A DNA stretch of 64,000 bases from Candidatus Latescibacterota bacterium (GTDB taxonomy: Bacteria; Latescibacterota; UBA2968; GCA-2709665), in contig OZ242358.1 in NCBI GenBank assembly GCA_965208835.1, positions 2,368,001 through 2,432,000 of the forward strand, in the 5' to 3' direction. Both the position numbers and the translations under genes were made by a program. Below the pieces are notes generated by a model. It saw only the letters and a list, made by a program, of their open reading frames with translations, ran no database searches and was not told the DNA's origin. Of this stretch, positions 58,893 through 64,000 are shown piece after piece; positions within the stretch are counted from its first letter, which is position 1; every line of letters starts with the position of its first letter.

Positions 58893-61800
58893 AGCTGATC
58901 GCATTCTCGACGCGCCGTCGGGTGACGGTTACGATGTTTGTCGTCGCCGCCGTGATTTTCGGTCTGGTTGCGTTCCGTCGGCTTTCGATCAATCTGCTGC
59001 CTGATATAACGTATCCCACGCTGACCGTTCGTACCGAATACGAGGGTACGTCCCCGTCGGAGATGGAACGTCTGGTGACGGAGCCGGTGGAGGGTGCCGT
59101 AGGGGTGGTGACGAATGTCGTCCGGGTGAGTTCCACGTCCCGACCGGGAGTTTCCGAGGTGGTCGTGGAGTTTTCCTGGGGAACGGACATGGACTTCGCA
59201 TCACTGGACATCAGGGAAAAACTGGACCGGTTGCAACTCCCGCAGGGGGCGGAAAAACCGGTCCTGCTGCGTTTCGATCCATCGCTGGATCCGATCATGC
59301 GGATAGGGCTATATGGTCCCGAAGGTCTGGTCGCCCTTCGTTTGTTGGCCGAGGACCATATCAAACTGGACCTTGAAAGCCTGGAGGGCGTCGCGGCGGC
59401 ACGCGTAAACGGAGGGCTTGAAGAGGAAATACAGATTGAACTGGATGAACCCAGGCTCGCGTCGCTGCGCATCCCGGTTCCGCAGGTCGTCGCGCGTCTT
59501 GCACAGGAAAACGTGAACCTGACCGGCGGTCAACTGAAGGACGGCGAGGCGGAGTACGTCGTGAGGACTGTCAATGAGTTTCGTTCGGTGGAGGAGATTC
59601 GGGATATCGTTGTCGGAGAACGTCAGGACGCCGCGATTACCCTCGCCGACGTGGGCCGCGTCTTCAGGGGACACAAGGAGCGTAAGGTCGTCAACCGAAT
59701 GAACGGGCGCGAGAGCGTGGAACTGGCCGTATACAAGGAGGGCGACGCCAATACCGTGACCGTGGCTGCGCGGATAAACGGGGCGCTGGAGCGTATTGAG
59801 AAGGAGGCCGGCGCCTTGCCGGCCGGCACCCGTATCGAGGTGGTTTTCAGTCAGGCGACGTTTATCAGGGCGTCTGTCGCGGAAGTACTCAACACGGCAA
59901 TCATGGGCGGGGTTCTGGCCGTGCTGGTGCTTTATCTGTTCCTTGGCAATCCCGGAAGCACCGCGATAATCAGCCTTTCAATTCCGATCTCCGTCGTTTG
60001 CACCTTTCTGCTGATGTTCAGTTCGGATGTCAGCCTGAATATTATGTCTCTCGGCGGATTGGCGCTGGGCATCGGGATGCTGGTGGACAATTCCATTGTT
60101 GTACTCGAAAGCGTACAGCGGTACCGCGAGGAGGGACTGTCGCCGCCGGAGGCGACGGTGAAGGGAGCCGGTGAGGTCGGGAAAGCCGTGGTGGCTTCCA
60201 CCCTGACCACGATCTGCGTCTTCGTGCCCATCGTGTTTGTGGAAGGGATCGCCGGTCAGTTGTTCAGAGACCAGGCGTTGACCGTCACGTTCTCCCTGGT
60301 AGCCTCGCTGCTCGTGGCGCTCACCCTGATTCCCATGCTGGCGTCCTTTGACTTCGGTCGGAAGGTTGCGGCGCCGGGGACGGCAACCGGCCTCCCTCGT
60401 CCCGACTCCGCGTCGGGTCTGATAACGGGGTTGGGCATTATCCTTCGGGCGGGTAGGACGCTGGTTAAAGGGGTAGTCACCCTCCTGAGCCCGGTTTTCT
60501 GGATCTTCGAACGGGCATTGGGTGGCATATATCGAATCTACCCGAGAGTGATCGGCTGGGCTCTCGGACATCGCGCAGTAGTGCTCGTTGTCGCGCTGGC
60601 GCTTGCGGGTGTGTCGGGATTGCTGGCCGGTCTTCTTGGCAGCGAGTTGATTCCGGAGATGAGTCAGGGCGAGTTCAGTATCTCCGTGGCCATGCCGGTG
60701 GGTACCCCTATCGTTGCCACCGAACGGACGATTAGAGGCATGGAACGGATCATTCAGGCTCAGCCGGAGGTGGAACTGGTTTACTGTACCGTCGGTCTGA
60801 GCGGGTCATCCGATGGCTCCGCGGGAGAGGAGCGCGAGAACGTCGGACAGATTCATGTAGCGTTGAAAGAGGGCATTATACGGGCGCGGGAAGATGACGT
60901 AATGGATAGGCTGAGGCGTACGTTCCACGGGATACCCGCGGCAGAGTGCAAATTTGCCCGCCCTTCGTTTTTTTCATCGCGTACGCCTGTGGAGGTCGAG
61001 ATATCGGGATACAACCTCCGTACATTGCAGACGCTTTCGGATGAACTGGCACGCAGGCTGGAGGACGTCCCCGGTCTCGTCGACGTCAAGACCAGCGCGG
61101 AGGGCGGCAGTCCTGAGGTACAGATCCGATTCAATCGAAAGTGGGTCGCGCAGATGGGGACAAGCATCAACGAGATCGGCAGTCTCGTAAGGAACAAGAT
61201 CCAGGGGGAGGTGGCCACGGAGTTCGCCCAGGGCGAAAGGAAGGTGGACATTCGCGTACGTGCGGATGAACGACACCGGGCCACGGTGGAAGACCTCAAA
61301 CGTCTTATCGTGAGCCCGGCGGGCGCGTCGGCCCCAATCCCCCTCGCCGTTGTTGCCGACCTGTCTGTCGAAATGGGGCCTGCCGAGATTCTGAGGGCGG
61401 ATCAGGAGCGGGTCGCGGTCGTCTCCGCGAACCTCGAGGGACGCAGCCTGAGCGAGGCGGTGGCCGACATTGAAAACGTGATTCGTGACATGGTCTATCC
61501 TCCCGATTACCATGTCAAGATCGGCGGCCAGAACGAAGAGCAAAAGCGGTCGTTCGAGAGTATGCAGCTGGCCATTCTGCTGGCGGTATTCCTGGTATAC
61601 CTGGTCATGGCTTCACAGTTCGAGTCGCTGGTCCATCCATTCGTTATCATGTTCTCGATTCCCTTCGGCCTCGTCGGTGTGGTCTGGATGTTGCTGGCTA
61701 CGGGCCAGACGGTGAGCGTGGTGGTTCTGATCGGGCTAATTATGCTGGCGGGAATCGTCGTGAACAACGCGATTGTATTGATCGACTATATCAATGCGCT

Positions 61801-62155
61801 TCGCCGGGATCGTGGAATGGGGAAGCGCGAGGCCATTGAGCGCGCATGCCAGGTAAGACTGCGCCCCATTCTGATGACCACGTCCACGACTGTGCTTGGA
61901 TTGTTGCCCATGGCCCTTGGCATCTTCGATTTCAGGCCGTTCGTGGCAAACGTGGAATCTGGTCTGGACAACGTATTGTCCGGCGGGGCCTTGAATTACA
62001 TTATGGGTGCCCTGAACATCGTCTTCCCGGTGGGTCAGGGCGCGGAAATCCGCGCGCCGATGGCGATTACCGTAATTGGCGGCCTCGTAATCTCGACGCT
62101 GGTCACGCTGGTACTGATACCCACGCTCTATTCGCTTGTTGACCGCAAGAAATAG
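58889..62155 (+). CDS. RND efflux permease (AcrB/AcrD/AcrF family)
   Basis: GMLVDNSIVVLE, GIVVNNAIV, RLRPILMT, APMAITVIGG. Confidence 0.95.
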   Translation: MKLIAFSTRRRVTVTMFVVAAVIFGLVAFRRLSINLLPDITYPTLTVRTEYEGTSPSEMERLVTEPVEGAVGVVTNVVRVSSTSRPGVSEVVVEFSWGTDMDFASLDIREKLDRLQLPQGAEKPVLLRFDPSLDPIMRIGLYGPEGLVALRLLAEDHIKLDLESLEGVAAARVNGGLEEEIQIELDEPRLASLRIPVPQVVARLAQENVNLTGGQLKDGEAEYVVRTVNEFRSVEEIRDIVVGERQDAAITLADVGRVFRGHKERKVVNRMNGRESVELAVYKEGDANTVTVAARINGALERIEKEAGALPAGTRIEVVFSQATFIRASVAEVLNTAIMGGVLAVLVLYLFLGNPGSTAIISLSIPISVVCTFLLMFSSDVSLNIMSLGGLALGIGMLVDNSIVVLESVQRYREEGLSPPEATVKGAGEVGKAVVASTLTTICVFVPIVFVEGIAGQLFRDQALTVTFSLVASLLVALTLIPMLASFDFGRKVAAPGTATGLPRPDSASGLITGLGIILRAGRTLVKGVVTLLSPVFWIFERALGGIYRIYPRVIGWALGHRAVVLVVALALAGVSGLLAGLLGSELIPEMSQGEFSISVAMPVGTPIVATERTIRGMERIIQAQPEVELVYCTVGLSGSSDGSAGEERENVGQIHVALKEGIIRAREDDVMDRLRRTFHGIPAAECKFARPSFFSSRTPVEVEISGYNLRTLQTLSDELARRLEDVPGLVDVKTSAEGGSPEVQIRFNRKWVAQMGTSINEIGSLVRNKIQGEVATEFAQGERKVDIRVRADERHRATVEDLKRLIVSPAGASAPIPLAVVADLSVEMGPAEILRADQERVAVVSANLEGRSLSEAVADIENVIRDMVYPPDYHVKIGGQNEEQKRSFESMQLAILLAVFLVYLVMASQFESLVHPFVIMFSIPFGLVGVVWMLLATGQTVSVVVLIGLIMLAGIVVNNAIVLIDYINALRRDRGMGKREAIERACQVRLRPILMTTSTTVLGLLPMALGIFDFRPFVANVESGLDNVLSGGALNYIMGALNIVFPVGQGAEIRAPMAITVIGGLVISTLVTLVLIPTLYSLVDRKK

Positions 62156-62175
62156 GTGCCCTGGCAGGTGAGGAT

Positions 62176-62946
62176 ATGGAGTCGGGTGCGGAAAAGGGTC
62201 CTGAGGACGTCGCCTACGAGAACCGCGTTCGATCCAGTTCGCTGTCGGAACTGGAGGACATGTTCGCGCATGTGGACAGCGGGGAATACCCGCAGAGGGC
62301 GCGTGAATTGCTTGAGGAGATCGAACGGCGGCGGGCGGGTCTGGAGCGTCGGCCCGGCCGGCAGGCGCTGTCGAAGACGGCGCCGGCCGGCATGCCCCGG
62401 CGTCTCTGGGCAAGCTTGATCGATCTCTTCATTCACCTCCTGATTCTGGGTGCGTTATTTCTCGCAGGTTGGTCGGTGCTTCAGCTTGTATCGAGCCTCG
62501 GGAGCGACGGGTGGGCGGCCGCTACTGACTCAGCACGCCGGGGTCCGTCGCCGCTGCGGCAGTTCGGCGCCGGACTGCTTGCCGGCGATTCGTCGGCGTG
62601 GAAGAACGGAGAGAGGTGGTTGCAGGTGGGCCTGGTTACACTGTGTTTTCTGGTTTTCAGGGCGATGCTGACGGTGCCGGCGTGGGGGCGCGCCGGACGT
62701 ACGCCGGGAATGCGGGAGGTCGGCATCCGGCTTGTCCGGACGACTGGGGAACCCGTCGGGGTAACGCGGGCGCTGATACGGTTTTGGGGGCAGTACCTGC
62801 TATTCGGGCTGACGCTGGGCGTCAGCACCTTATGGTTGATCTGGGACCCGCGAAGGCAGTCGCTTCACGACAAGCTGTCGGAAACGTGCGTAGTGCGGGT
62901 GCGCCGCACGTGGGAAGAGACCGACGAAAACCGGATCTACGATTAG
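62176..62946 (+). CDS. RDD family membrane protein
   Basis: RRLWASLID, GRTPGM, RQSLHDKLSET. Confidence 0.85.
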   Translation: MESGAEKGPEDVAYENRVRSSSLSELEDMFAHVDSGEYPQRARELLEEIERRRAGLERRPGRQALSKTAPAGMPRRLWASLIDLFIHLLILGALFLAGWSVLQLVSSLGSDGWAAATDSARRGPSPLRQFGAGLLAGDSSAWKNGERWLQVGLVTLCFLVFRAMLTVPAWGRAGRTPGMREVGIRLVRTTGEPVGVTRALIRFWGQYLLFGLTLGVSTLWLIWDPRRQSLHDKLSETCVVRVRRTWEETDENRIYD

Positions 62947-62971
62947 GCGAGTACGGCCTGACGATTTCGGG

Positions 62972-63000
62972 TTGCCTTTCGTCGCCTATATTGTTATACT
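62972..63000 (+). promoter_or_regulatory. sigma70-type promoter with extended -10
   Basis: TTGCCT-17nt-TATACT, preceded by TGn. Confidence 0.7.
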
Positions 63001-63003
63001 GTC

Positions 63004-63207
63004 TTGGTGTCCTGTCCCAAGAATACCTCGCCATTCTCCCGCCGATTCATCCCGTCTCCCGGCGTTGCTTGTACTGAGCTTGTCGAAGTGCTTTCTCTCG
63101 CCGGCCATACGCCGGTCGGAGGCGCTGGTTTCTAAGCCGGTGGAAGGATGCGAGACGGGCGACTCGACGGCCGAATTCTGGCGACTTCATTCCGGGACAG
63201 AACGGTG
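63004..63207. mobile_element. MITE-like element, copy 2, with two nested insertions
   Basis: TGGTGTCCTGTCCC...TTCCGGGACAGAAC; about 43 bp longer than copy 1 because of inserts at 63068-63090 and ~63126-63148. Confidence 0.75.
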
Positions 63208-63439
63208 TCTTTTCCTCCATGGTCACCGCCCTGCTGCCGCACCTGCCTCCCGCAATGACGTCATTTCCAGGACCTATCAAACCTCAGGCATTTGTCGAAC
63301 GCTCCGGGCCCCGCGCCATCTCCGTGCGGGTACTCGTGTCTGGGGAGAATCCGCGAAACTTTTGCGCGATTCATGCTGTCTAACTCTACTGACGGTCTCA
63401 CGGGCGGGAGGACGGTTTTCGATTTGCAGGAGTCTGATT

Positions 63440-63877
63440 ATGCTTAAGCGGGTCCCGCAGGCCCTTTGCTGTCTGCTTGCGGTTGCGGTCGGACTGACGG
63501 CCGAGCCGGTTCAGGCGAAGTCCGTATTTACGTCCCGTCGGACATTCGGCGTTCTGTTTCTGGGCGGAAGCGCGTTTATGGCCAAGAAAGCCGTAGACTT
63601 CCGCCGGGACGCCAACCGGTCCTACGACGATTACAAACTCGCCCGCACTTCAGAAGAGGCGGAGCGTCTGTTCGACCGTACGGGCGATTACGATACCAAG
63701 AGCAAAATGAGCGTCGGGCTATCTGTCGTTCTGCTGGCCAGTGGGTTGCGCCTGATTCTCTCAAGCGGTGTGGACGAGGATCCCGTAAAGATACGTCAGA
63801 AAAGGAAGCTCAATGTGGACCTGACGAGCGACGTCAACAAGCGAATGGTCAAAGTCGCCGTCAAAAGGCATTTTTAG
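63440..63877 (+). CDS. hypothetical secreted/membrane protein
   Basis: RBS AGGAG; signal peptide MLKRVPQALCCLLAVAVGLTAEPVQA; two hydrophobic stretches; ends in F. Confidence 0.72.
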   Translation: MLKRVPQALCCLLAVAVGLTAEPVQAKSVFTSRRTFGVLFLGGSAFMAKKAVDFRRDANRSYDDYKLARTSEEAERLFDRTGDYDTKSKMSVGLSVVLLASGLRLILSSGVDEDPVKIRQKRKLNVDLTSDVNKRMVKVAVKRHF

Positions 63878-63947
63878 TCGTGACGGCCGTTGTCGTCTAC
63901 CAGTCGGCTGCACAGATCCGCAGTTTTTGCGCATGAAGGAGAGGTTT

Positions 63948-64000
63948 ATGGCGCGTTGGAAATTCAGCCCGATCCGACTCGGAGTGTGGGGCATGATGGC
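63948..64000 (+). CDS. start of a CDS truncated by the window edge
   Basis: RBS AAGGAGAGG then ATG (MARWKFSPIRLGVWGMM...). Confidence 0.55.
   Translation, partial: MARWKFSPIRLGVWGMM

Noticed and set aside
1369-58904. Long antisense or overlapping ORFs (e.g. 1369-2973, 5146-6570, 9288-10736, 20610-22274, 44532-45896, 57741-58904)
   Set aside because: Shadow ORFs of high-GC coding strands. They have no motifs and overlap well-supported genes.

Overview
A GC-rich bacterial chromosome segment. The gene content (FlgD-Ig/T9SS-type C-terminal domains, paired EF-hand/dockerin modules, plant-type LRR and YWTD proteins, DUF285 repeats, heparinase-like and Gfo/Idh/MocA enzymes) suggests a Latescibacterota/Gemmatimonadota-like marine invertebrate (sponge) symbiont; this taxonomy is inference only. 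Housekeeping and catabolic blocks are an M20 amidohydrolase, a GGT-family gene, a GH5/ferritin-like/cupin operon, an Opp/Dpp ABC operon, a polysaccharide-degradation cluster, a GT2, TonB/ExbB/ExbD, and an RND pump. Two accessory blocks of large secreted repeat proteins interrupt them, each lying directly 3' of a tRNA gene (tRNA-Glu at 19292-19367, tRNA-Arg at 41791-41867). No integrase, transposase, reverse transcriptase or CRISPR array was seen. The most unusual signals are: (1) a 23-nt hairpin unit, YYTG-NNN-TGAGCYTGTCGAA-N'N'N', with a covarying stem, precisely inserted into other repeats and into itself, with matching empty sites in the same window; (2) 11-bp-phased TCAC boxes next to two OmpR-type hybrid regulators and upstream of two giant surface proteins; (3) a possible cohesin-dockerin assembly system linking LRR proteins, a metallopeptidase and a GH5; (4) an unexplained ~185-bp non-coding element present twice, 44 kb apart. 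All alignments and counts were made by eye.
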